Positions 1 to 8,687 of a DNA stretch of 8,687 nt are shown in pieces. Numbering within the stretch: position 1 is the stretch's first letter; the number at the start of each line of letters is the position of its first letter. The translations under genes and the position numbers were made by a program. The notes under the pieces are model-generated. The model searched no databases and was not told where the DNA came from. It worked only from the letters and a program-made list of their open reading frames with translations. The stretch comes from a virus (lineage: Duplodnaviria > Heunggongvirae > Uroviricota > Caudoviricetes): the IMG/VR virus record IMGVR_UViG_2896595138_000004. One strand, given 5' to 3'.

Positions 1-375
<375 letters not shown>

Positions 376-600
376 ATTTAACGCCTTACGCAGTTGCAGA
401 ATTTCAGATTCCAGTTCAGCCACCGTGCGGGAACCAGGAGTACCGAGCCCTTTTCTGGCGGCGGTAACCCATTGTCCTAAAGTGCCTTCAGGAAGGGATA
501 ATCGGGAAGCGCCTTCACTGATCGAAAGTTGATTTTCAAGAACCGTTCTGACAGCTTCGGCTTTGAACTCTTTAGAGTAACGTTGGGTTTTTCTGCTCAT
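376..600 (-). pseudogene. IS600-like orfA, truncated after about 75 codons by the IS911 insertion
   Basis: Product MSRKTQRYSKEFKAEAVRTVLENQLSISEGASRLSLPEGTLGQWVTAARKGLGTPGSRTVAELESEILQLRKALN ends at a stop codon supplied by the terminal TGA of the IS911 inverted repeat (373-375), i.e. the reading frame is cut by the inserted element. Confidence 0.6.
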
Positions 601-664
601 TATTAGCTCCTTCTGATGCCATTCTATTTCAGGAAGGAGTGTCCGTTAAACTCAGGCTACCTCA
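376..664 (-). mobile_element. IS600-like IS3-family element, left-end fragment interrupted by the IS911 insertion
   Basis: Reverse complement of the 664 end reads TGAGGTAGCCTGAGTTTAACGGACACTCCTTCC... (TG terminus), then a strong SD (AAGGAG, 6-nt spacer) and an orfA start at 600; the orfA product resembles IS600 OrfA. Lambda-T/H-like sequence resumes at 665. The 664 boundary is inferred from the TG terminus and where phage sequence resumes. Confidence 0.6.
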
Positions 665-766
665 GAGAACGGGATACCGGAGCGAACGGACGAAGAACTG
701 ATGCATCTTGGGGAAGGTATTTCCGGAGGTGTGCGTTATGGACCAGATAGCCAACCTGGTCATTGA
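665..766 (+). pseudogene. 3' remnant of tail assembly chaperone gene (lambda T-like), 5' part removed or displaced by the IS insertion
   Basis: Frame 2 is open from the IS boundary (665) to TGA at 764-766, reading ENGIPERTDEELMHLGEGISGGVRYGPDSQPGH, and overlaps the H start as the T stop overlaps H in lambda. Assignment to T rests on position and gene order only; I cannot verify the residues from memory. Confidence 0.3.
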
Positions 767-3700
767 TTTGGGGATTGATGCGGCAGAGTTTAAAAATGAA
801 ATTCCCCGTATCAAAAACCTTCTGAATGGTGCAGCCGGTGATGCAGAACGGTCTTCTGCCCGTATGCAGCGTTTTATGGAGCGTCAGACTCAGGCGGCCC
901 GGCAGACAATGCAGGCGGCTTCTTCGGCTGCAACAGCAGCATCAGCCCATGCGCAGACGGTGGAGAAGAATGCACGGGCTCATGAACGCATGGCCCGTGA
1001 GGTGGAACAAACCCGTCTGCGCGTGGATGCCCTGAATCAGAAAATGCGCGAGGAACAGGCGCAGGCCAGGGCACTGGCGGAGGCGCAGGATAAAGCGGCT
1101 GCCGCCTTTTATCGCCAGATTGACAGTGTGAAACAGGCCGGTGCGGGGCTTCAGGAATTACAGCGTATTCAGCAGCAGATCCGACAGGCCAGAAACAGTG
1201 GCGGGGTTGGTCAGCAGGATTATCTGGCGCTGATTTCGGAGATCACGGCGAAAACCCGTGCCCTGACGCAGGCAGAGGAACAGGCCACCCGGCAGAAAGC
1301 GGCGTTTATCCGCCAGCTTAAAGAGCAGGCAACCCGCCAGAATCTGTCGTCTTCTGAGTTGCTTCGCGCCAGGGCGGCTCAGCTGGGGGTAAGCAGTGCT
1401 GCAGAAGTGTATATCCGCAAAATGGAGCGGGCAGGAAAAGCCACACATTCGCTGGGGCTGAAAAGTGCGGCAGCCCGGCGGGAGCTGGGGGTGTTAATCA
1501 GTCAGATGGCGCGCGGCAATTTTGGTGCGCTGAGGGGAGCCGGGATAACGCTGGCTAACCGTGCCGGATGGACAGGCGCACTGATGTCGCCGAAAGGCAT
1601 GATGACTGGCGGCGTTATTGGCGGACTTGTCGCGGCGGTCCTGGGTCTGGGTAAAGCCTGGCATGACGGCCGGAAGGAGGGCGAGGAATTTAACCGTCAG
1701 CTGGCGCTGACGGGACATTATGCCGGTGTCACTGTCGGGCAGTTGTGGAAACTCAGCCGGGCCATATCCGGGAATGGTATCACGCAACATGCGGCAGCCG
1801 GTGCGCTGGCACAGGTGGTGGGCAGTGGGGCATTTCATGGAAACGATATTGGTATGGTGGCGAAAGCTGCCGCACAGATGGAGCGATCGGTTGGCCAGTC
1901 GGTCAGCGATACCATAAATCAGTTTAAGCGGCTGAAGGATGATCCTGTAAATGCCGCGAAGGCGCTGGACAATGCGCTGCATTTTTTGACTGCCACTCAG
2001 CTTGAGCAGATACGCGTCCTTGGGAGCAGGGGCGGTCCAGTGATGCGGCCCGGATCGCCATGTCTGCGCTGGCAGAGGAAACCGGTAAACGCACATCTGA
2101 TATTGATAATAATCTCAATGCGCTGGGTAGTACGCTGCAAACCTTGTCTGACTGGTGGAAGCAGTTCTGGGATGCGGCCATGAATATTGGTCGTGAAGAC
2201 TCGCTGGATGCGCAGATTGATGCGTTACAGGAAAAAATTCAGCGCGCGAAAAAATATCCGTGGACAAACGCCTCCACACAGGTGGAGTACGATCAGCAGC
2301 GTCTTAACGATCTTCAGGAGAAAAAACGCCGGAAGGATTTGCAGGATGCAAAAGCGCAGGCAGAACGGAATTACCAGGAGCAACAGAAACGCCGGAATGC
2401 TGAAAATGCCGCGCTGAACCGGATGAATGAAACGGAAGCTGCACGACATCAGCGGGAAATTGCGCGTATTAATGCCATGCAGTACGCCGACCAGGCTGTC
2501 AGGGATGCGGCGATACAGCGTGAAAATGAACGTTACGAAAAAGCCATTAAGAAAAATACACGGGCAACCCGTAATGATGAGGCCACCCGGTTATTGCTGC
2601 AGTACAGTCAGCAACAGGCACAGGTGGAAGGGCAGATTGCTGCTGCCAGACAGTCAGCAGGCATTGCCACTGAAAGGATGACTGAAGCGCATAAACAGCT
2701 TCTGGCCCTGCAGCAGCGCATCAGCGACCTGGACGGGAAAAAGCTGACGGCAGATGAAAAGAGTGTGCTGGCCCGTAAGAATGAGCTGATTCAGGCGCTG
2801 ACGCTGCTGGATGTGAAACAGCAGGAGCTGCAGAAACAGACAGCGCTTAACGACCTGAGAAAAAAAACGGTTCAGCTGACCAGCCAGCTGGCAGACAAAG
2901 AACGTGCACTGCGTGAGCAGCACAATCTGGATATTGCCACTGCAGGTATGGGGGATAAGCAGCGGCAGCGCTACCAGGCACAGTTGCGCATCCGGCAGGA
3001 ATACCGGCAACAGTTGCAACAGCTTGAGAATGACAGTCGCCAGAAAGGCACTTACGGGACGGAGGACTACCGGAGGGCTGAGGAGGTGCTGAAGGGGAGC
3101 CTGAAGCGACAACTGAATGAAAACAAACGCTACTGGCAGGAACTGGAAGTGGCGCAGGGCGACTGGAAAAACGGTGCCATGCGGGCGTTTCAGAATTTTA
3201 CGGCGGATGCGGATAATGCGGCGGGAACGGCAGAACAGATGTTTACAGTGGCATTCAGCAGTGCCGGTAATGCACTGGCGACATTCTGTACCACCGGTAA
3301 GCTGAATTTTAAATCCTTCACCTCTTCCCTGTTGTCAGATATGGCCAGAATTATGGCACAGATGGCCATGATGCAGGCGGTAAAGGGCGTCGGTTCTTTA
3401 TTCGGCTCCACGACTAATGCTGATGGCGGTGTTTACCAGTCTGCTGATTTGAGTCGCTACAGTGGCACGGTGGTTAACCGTCCGACGTTTTTTGCTTTTA
3501 CAAAAGGCGCGGGTGTGATGGGGAAGCGGGACCTGAAGCCATTCTGCCACTGCGTCGCGGTGCTGATGGTAAGCTGGGGGTTGTGGCGGATACTGGTGGT
3601 TCAGGCATGGTGATGTTTGCCCCGCAGTACAACATCGGGATCAATAACGACGGCACGAACGGGCAGATAGGTCCGGCAGCACTGAAGGTGGTTTATGACC

Positions 3701-3777
3701 TCGGGAAAAAAGCGGCCGCGGACTTTATGCAACAGCCGGCCCGTGATGGTGGCCGGTTAAGTGGAGCATACCGGTAA
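738..3777 (+). pseudogene. H: Tail tape measure protein (lambda gpH family), about 1013 codons if repaired; interrupted by two -1 frameshifts
   Basis: ATG at 738 preceded by GGAGG (725-729, 8-nt spacer). N-terminus MDQIANLVIDLGIDAAEFKNE aligns with lambda H MAEPVGDLVVDLSLDAARFDEQ; C-terminus ...NIGINNDGTNGQIGPAALKVVYD matches lambda H ...VINNDGTNGQIGPAALKAVYD. The frame passes 0 -> 2 at GGG 2022-2024 (RVLG|EQGRSSDAARIAMSALAEE) and 2 -> 1 at GGGG 3520-3523 (GVMG|EAGPEAILPLRRGADGKLGVVADTGGSG). Stop TAA at 3775-3777 overlaps the M start. Confidence 0.85.
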
Positions 3778-4105
3778 TGGAGACGTTTCGCTGGAAGGTG
3801 CGCCCGGATATGAATGTGGTATCAGAGCCAAAAGTGGTGGCAGTGAAGCTGGGTGATGGTTATGAACAGCGTCGCCCGGCGGGACTGAATAATCTGCTGT
3901 CGACTTACAGCGTGACGATACGTGTTCGTAAAGGTGAACACCCACCTTTAAAAGCCTTTCTGGAACGGCACGGTGGCGTCCGCGCATTTCAGTGGACGCC
4001 ACCTTATGACTGGAAACCGATCAGGGTGGTTTGTCGTAAATGGTCGGCAAACGTGGGGCGTTATGGGTGACTGTAACGGCCGATTTTGAACAGGTGGTGA
4101 ACTGA
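3777..4105 (+). pseudogene. M: Minor tail protein M (lambda gpM family), 109 codons if repaired; -1 frameshift 16 codons before the end
   Basis: METFRWKVRPDMNVVSEPKVVAVKLGDGYEQRRPAGLNNLLSTYSVTIRV... aligns with lambda M MKTFRWKVKPGMDVASVPSVRKVRFGDGYSQRAPAGL... Frame 0 stops at 4068-4070, but frame 2 from the GGGG run at 4055-4058 reads ALWVTVTADFEQVVN-stop (TGA 4103-4105), matching the lambda M C-terminus ...VEFSAEFEQVVN and restoring the TGATG overlap with L. Confidence 0.8.
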
Positions 4106-4803
4106 TGCAGGATATCCGGCAGGAAACACTGAATGAATGCACCTGTGCGGAGCAGTCAGCCCGGGTGGAGCTCTGGGAAATCGATCTGACAGAGGTCGGT
4201 GGTGAGCGTTATTTTTTCTGTAATGAGCAGAACGAAAAAGGTGAGCCGGTTACCTGGCAGGGGCGGCAGTATCAGGCATACCCCATTCAGGGGACGGGAT
4301 TTGAACTGAACGGCAAGGGCAGTGCTGCCCGTCCGATACTGACGGTCTCTAACCTGCACGGCATGGTCACCGGGATGGCGGAAGACCTGCAGAGTCTGGT
4401 CGGCGGAACGGTGGTCAGGCGTAAGGTTTACGCCCGTTTTCTGGATGCGGTGAACTTCGTCAACGGAAACAGTGACGCCGATCCGGAGCAGGAGGTGATC
4501 AGCCGCTGGCGCATCGAGCAGTGCAGCGAACTGAGCGCGGTCAGTGCCTCTTTTGTACTGTCCACGCCGACGGAAACGGACGGTGCTGTTTTTCCGGGGC
4601 GCATCATGCTGGCTAATACCTGCACCTGGACCTATCGCGGTGATGAGTGCGGTTATCACGGTCCGGCTGTCGCTGATGAATATGACCAGCCGACGTCCGA
4701 TATCACGAAGGATAAATGCAGCAAATGCCTGAGTGGTTGTAAGTTTCGCAATAACGTCGGCAACTTTGGCGGCTTCCTTTCCATTAACAAACTTTCGCAG
4801 TAA
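4105..4803 (+). CDS. L: Minor tail protein L (lambda gpL family), 232 aa, intact
   Basis: MQDIRQETLNECTCAEQSARVELWEIDLTEVGGERYFFCNEQNEKGEPVTWQGRQYQAYPIQGTGFELNGKG... is near-identical to lambda L as I recall it; same length as lambda L (232 aa); ATG overlaps the M stop (TGATG). Confidence 0.9.
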   Translation: MQDIRQETLNECTCAEQSARVELWEIDLTEVGGERYFFCNEQNEKGEPVTWQGRQYQAYPIQGTGFELNGKGSAARPILTVSNLHGMVTGMAEDLQSLVGGTVVRRKVYARFLDAVNFVNGNSDADPEQEVISRWRIEQCSELSAVSASFVLSTPTETDGAVFPGRIMLANTCTWTYRGDECGYHGPAVADEYDQPTSDITKDKCSKCLSGCKFRNNVGNFGGFLSINKLSQ

Positions 4804-4808
4804 ATCCC

Positions 4809-5552
4809 ATGACACAGACAGAATCAGCGATTCTGGCGCACGCCCGGCGATGTGCGCCAGCGGAGTTGTGCGGCTTCGTGGTGAGAACGCCGGAGGGGGA
4901 AAGATATTTTCCCTGCGTGAATATCTCCGGTGAGCCGGAGGCGTATTTCCGGATGTCGCCGGAGGACTGGCTGCGGGCAGAGATGCAGGGTGAGATTGTG
5001 GCGCTGGTCCACAGCCACCCCGGTGGTCTGCCCTGGCTGAGTGAGGCTGACAGGCGGCTGCAGGTGCAGAGCGATTTGCCTTGGTGGCTGGTCTGCCGGG
5101 GTGAGATTCATAAATTCCGCTGTGTGCCGCATCTTACCGGGCGGCGCTTTGAGCACGGGGTGACGGACTGTTACACGCTGTTCCGGGATGCTTATCATCT
5201 GGCGGGGATTGAGATGCCGGATTTTCATCGCGGGGATGACTGGTGGCGTCACGGTCAGAATCTCTATCTGGATAATCTGGAGGCCACAGGGCTGTATCAG
5301 GTGCCGTTGTCAGCGGCGCAGCCGGGCGATGTGCTGCTGTGCTGTTTTGGTTCATCGGTGCCGAATCATGCCGCCATTTACTGTGGTGACGGCGAGCTGC
5401 TGCACCATATTCCTGAACAACTGAGCAAACGAGAGAGGTATACCGACAAATGGCAGCGACGCACACACTCCCTCTGGCGTCACCGGGCATGGCACGCATC
5501 TGCCTTTACGGGGATTTGCAACGATTTGGCCGCCGCATCGACCTTCGTGTGA
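4809..5552 (+). CDS. K: Tail assembly protein K (lambda gpK family): N-terminal JAB/MPN (JAMM) domain plus C-terminal NlpC/P60-like domain, 247 aa, intact
   Basis: Uninterrupted 247-codon ORF starting 6 nt after the L stop. Contains a canonical JAMM motif H68-S-H70-x7-S78-x2-D81 (HSHPGGLPWLSEAD, nt 5010-5051) and a Cys-containing NlpC/P60-like segment (GVTDCYTLF). Overlaps I by 103 nt, as K and I do in lambda. Confidence 0.9.
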   Translation: MTQTESAILAHARRCAPAELCGFVVRTPEGERYFPCVNISGEPEAYFRMSPEDWLRAEMQGEIVALVHSHPGGLPWLSEADRRLQVQSDLPWWLVCRGEIHKFRCVPHLTGRRFEHGVTDCYTLFRDAYHLAGIEMPDFHRGDDWWRHGQNLYLDNLEATGLYQVPLSAAQPGDVLLCCFGSSVPNHAAIYCGDGELLHHIPEQLSKRERYTDKWQRRTHSLWRHRAWHASAFTGICNDLAAASTFV

Positions 5553-6088
5553 AAACGGGGCCGAAGCCATCCGGGCGCTGGCCACACAGCTCCCGGCGTT
5601 TCGTCAGAAACTGAATGACGGCTGGTATCAGGTGCGCATTGCCGGGCGTGATGCAGGTGAAACCGAATTATCTGCCCGTCTTAATGAGCCGCTGGCAAAT
5701 GGTGCAGTGATCCACATAGTACCGCGTCTGGTGGGAGCTAAAAGTGGCGGTGTGTTTCAGGCGGTGCTGGGGGCGGCTGTTATGGCGGTTGCTATATGGA
5801 TGCCGGGGTAGGAATTATGGCGAGTAATCTGCTGTTTTCTCTCGGTGCCAGTATGACGCTTGGCGGTGTTGCACAGATGCTGGCACCGAAAGCCAGAACT
5901 CCCGTACACAGACAACGGATAACGGTAAGCAGAACACATATTTCTCGTCACTGGATAACATGGTTGCCCAGGGCAATGTTCTGCCCGTTCTGTACGGTGA
6001 AATGCGCGTGGGGTCACGTGTGGTTTCTCAGGAGATCAGCACGGCAGACGAAGGGGATGGTGGTCAGGTTGTGGTGATTGGTCGCTGA
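5450..6088 (+). pseudogene. I: Tail assembly protein I (lambda gpI family; N-terminal ubiquitin-like domain ending in GG), about 213 codons if repaired; three -1 frameshifts
   Basis: MAATHTLPLASPGMARICLYGDLQRFGRRIDLRVKTG matches the lambda I N-terminus; the C-terminus ...TDNGKQNTYFSSLDNMVAQGNVLPVLYGEMRVGSRVVSQEISTADEGDGGQVVVIGR-stop (TGA 6086-6088) matches the lambda I C-terminus. The frame passes 2 -> 1 at GGGG 5557-5560, 1 -> 0 at GGGG 5805-5808 and 0 -> 2 at CCC 5901-5903. Confidence 0.8.
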
Positions 6089-6105
6089 TGCAAAATGTTT
6101 TATGT

Positions 6106-6136
6106 GAAACCGCCTGCGGGCGGTTTTGTCGTTTAT
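6106..6136 (+). terminator. Candidate intrinsic terminator / RNA hairpin in the I-J intergenic region
   Basis: GAAACCGCC (6106-6114), loop TGCG, GGCGGTTTT (6119-6127), then a T-rich tract TTTTGTCGTTT, placed 18 nt after the I stop and before the J ribosome-binding site (GAGGA 6144-6148). Function not demonstrable from sequence. Confidence 0.35.
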
Positions 6137-6148
6137 GGAGCGTGAGGA

Positions 6149-8687
6149 ATGGGTAAAGGCAGCAGTAAGGGGCATACCCCGCGCGAAGCGAAGGACAACC
6201 TGAAATCCACGCAGTTGCTGAGTGTGATTGATGCCATCAGCGAAGGGCCGGTTGAAGGTCCGGTGGATGGATTAAAAAGCGTGCTGCTGAACGGTACGCC
6301 GGTGCTGGACAGCGAGGGGAAGACAAACTTTTCCGGTGTTACGGTGGTGTTCCGTGCAGGTGAGCAGGAGCAGACACCGCCGGAGGGTTTTGAATCCTCC
6401 GGCTCCGAGACGGTGCTGGGTACGGAAGTGAAATATGACACGCCGATCACCCGGACCATCACGTCGGCAAACATCGACCGTCTGCGCCTGACCTTCGGTG
6501 TGCAGGCACTGGTGGAAACCACCTCAAAGGGTGACCGGAATCCGTCGGAAGTCCGCCTGCTGGTTCAGATACAGCGTAACGGTGGCTGGGTGACGGAAAA
6601 AGACATCACCATTAAGGGCAAAACCACTTCGCAGTATCTGGCCTCGGTGGTGGTGGGTAACCTGCCGCCGCGCCCGTTTAATATCCGGATGCGCAGGATG
6701 ACACCGGACAGCACCACAGACCAGCTGCAGAACAAAACGCTCTGGTCGTCGTACACCGAAATCATCGATGTGAAACAGTGCTACCCGAACACGGCACTGG
6801 TCGGCGTACAGGTGGATTCGGAGCAGTTCGGCAGCCAGCAGGTGAGCCGTAATTATCATCTGCGCGGGCGTATTCTGCAGGTGCCGTCGAACTATAACCC
6901 GCAGACGCGGCAATACAGCGGTATCTGGGACGGAACGTTTAAGCCAGCATACAGCAATAACATGGCCTGGTGTCTGTGGGATATGCTGACCCATCCGCGC
7001 TACGGCATGGGGAAACGTCTTGGTGCGGCAGATGTGGACAAATGGGCGCTGTATGTCATCGGCCAGTACTGCGACCAGTCAGTGCCGGACGGATTTGGCG
7101 GCACGGAGCCGCGCATCACCTGTAACGCTTACCTGACCACACAGCGTAAGGCGTGGGATGTTCTCAGTGATTTCTGCTCGGCGATGCGCTGTATGCCGGT
7201 ATGGAACGGACAGATGCTGACGTTCGTGCAGGACCGACCGTCGGATAAGGTGTGGACCTATAACCGCAGTAATGTGGTGATGCCGGATGATGGCGCGCCG
7301 TTCCGCTACAGCTTCAGCGCCCTGAAGGACCGCCATAATGCCGTTGAGGTGAACTGGATTGACCCGGATAACGGCTGGGAGACGGCGACAGAGCTTGTTG
7401 AAGATACGCAGGCCATTGCCCGTTACGGTCGTAATGTCACGAAGATGGATGCCTTTGGCTGTACCAGCCGGGGCAGGCACACCGAGCCGGGCTGTGGCTG
7501 ATTAAAACGGAACTGCTGGAAACGCAGACCGTGGACTTCAGCGTGGGCGCAGAAGGGCTTCGCCATGTACCGGGTGATGTCATTGAAATCTGCGATGATG
7601 ATTATGCCGGTATCAGCACCGGTGGTCGCGTACTGGCGGTGAACAGCCAGACCCGGACGCTGACGCTCGACCGTGAAATCACGCTGCCGTCCTCCGGTAC
7701 CACGCTGATAAGCCTGGTTGACGGAAGTGGCAATCCGGTCAGCGTGGAGGTCCAGTCCGTCACCGACGGCGTGAAGGTGAAAGTGAGCCGGGTTCCTGAC
7801 GGCGTTGCCGGATACAGCGTGTGGGGGCTGAAGCTGCCGACGCTGCGTCAGCGCCTGTTCCGCTGCGTGAGTATCCGTGAGAACGATGACGGCACATATG
7901 CCATCACCGCCGTGCAGCATGTGCCGGAAAAAGAGGCCATTGTGGATAACGGGGCACACTTTGACAGTGACCGGCGCGGCACGGTGAATGGTGTCACGCC
8001 GCCAGCAGTGCAGCACCTGACCGCAGAAGTCATCGCAGGCAGCGGGGAATATCAGGTGCTGGCGCGCTGGGACACGCCGAAGGTGGTGAAGGGGGTGAGC
8101 TTCCTGCTTCGCCTGACCGTGGCAGCGGATGACGGCAGTGAGCGGCTGGTCAGCACAGCCCGGACGACGGAAACCACATATCGTTTCACGCAGCTTGCGT
8201 TGGGGCGTTATACGCTGACAGTCCGGGCGGTAAATGCCCGGGGCAGCAGGGCGATCCGGTGTCGGTATCGTTCCGGATTGCGGCACCGGCAGCGCCTGTC
8301 ACTATTGAACTGATACCGGGGTATTTTCAGATAACGGCGGTCCCGAAACTGGCTGTATATGACCCGACGGTGCAGTTTGAGTTCTGGTTTTCGGAAAAGC
8401 GGATTGCGGATATCAGGCAGGTTGAAACCAGCGCCCGCTATCTTGGCACGGCGCTGTACTGGATAGCCGCCAGTATCAATATCAGGCCGGGCCATGATTA
8501 TTATTTTTACGTTCGCAGTGTGAACACCGTTGGCAAATCGGCATTTGTGGAGACCATCGGTCGGGCGAGCGATGATGCGGAAGGTTATCTGAATTTTTAT
8601 AAAGGGTTGATCAATAAAACGCACCTCGGCAAGGAACTGCTGGAAAAAGTCGAGCTGACGGAAGATAACGCCAGCAGACTGGAGTAA
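6149..8687 (+). pseudogene. J: Host specificity protein J (central tail fibre, lambda gpJ family), N-terminal about 846 codons; two -1 frameshifts; reading frame reaches TAA at the window end
   Basis: MGKGSSKGHTPREAKDNLKSTQLLSVIDAISEGPVEGPVDGLKSVLLNGTPVLD... is near-identical to the lambda J N-terminus, with high similarity throughout. The frame passes 2 -> 1 at GGGG 7470-7473 (TSRG|QAHRAGLWLIKTELLETQ) and 1 -> 0 at GGGG 8240-8243 (AVNARG|[15 protein letters not shown]). In-frame TAA at 8685-8687 follows ...[10 protein letters not shown], where lambda J continues for roughly 285 more residues. Confidence 0.9.

Noticed and set aside
708-737. ORF-track start for the tape measure gene at 708 (TTG), adding 10 N-terminal residues
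   Set aside because: The ATG at 738 has a proper GGAGG Shine-Dalgarno at 725-729 and its product aligns with the lambda H N-terminus from residue 1; the 708 start is an alternative-codon extension.
2150-3150. Possible tandem DNA repeats in the Q/A/R-rich central region of the tape measure gene
   Set aside because: The repetitiveness is at the amino-acid composition level (coiled-coil-like); I see no exact tandem nucleotide repeat units, and no CRISPR-like repeat-spacer structure anywhere in the window.
4156-4815. 219-aa ORF on the minus strand opposite gene L
   Set aside because: It lies antisense to a well-supported, lambda-like L coding sequence and has no recognisable motifs or start context; long antisense ORFs are common opposite GC-rich coding regions.
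2022-8243. Programmed ribosomal frameshifting as an explanation for the frame changes in H, M, I and J
   Set aside because: The known programmed frameshift in lambdoid tail genes is in G/T, upstream of H. The sites here are plain G/C runs with no slippery heptamer or downstream structure, and eight such events in structural genes is implausible; mutation or sequencing error explains them better.
7423-8286. 287-aa ORF on the minus strand opposite gene J (similar antisense ORFs at 1494-2096, 2654-3112, 6133-6522, 6524-6994, 8208-8624)
   Set aside because: All are shadow ORFs antisense to strongly supported tail genes; their products are Arg/Pro/His-rich with low complexity, typical of non-coding frames.

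Overview
This window is the tail-tip and tape-measure module of a lambdoid (phage lambda-like) prophage, preceded by nested insertion sequences; I do not see a novel system here. Positions 1-664 (minus strand) hold the left end of an IS911-like element inserted into the orfA of an IS600-like element, which itself sits 73 bp upstream of the tape measure gene and truncates the upstream T-like chaperone gene. Downstream, in lambda order on the plus strand, are H (tape measure), M, L, K, I and J (host specificity protein), with lambda-like overlaps (TAATG, TGATG, a 103-nt K/I overlap). The most notable observation is that H, M, I and J are broken by eight single-base deletions, every one in a short G or C homopolymer, while L and K are intact. 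This is either a defective, IS-ridden prophage (Escherichia/Shigella-like) or a systematic homopolymer sequencing artefact; the sequence alone cannot tell which. J reaches an in-frame TAA at the last three bases of the window, well short of full lambda J length. All homology statements rest on my recall of lambda and IS protein sequences, not on a database search.
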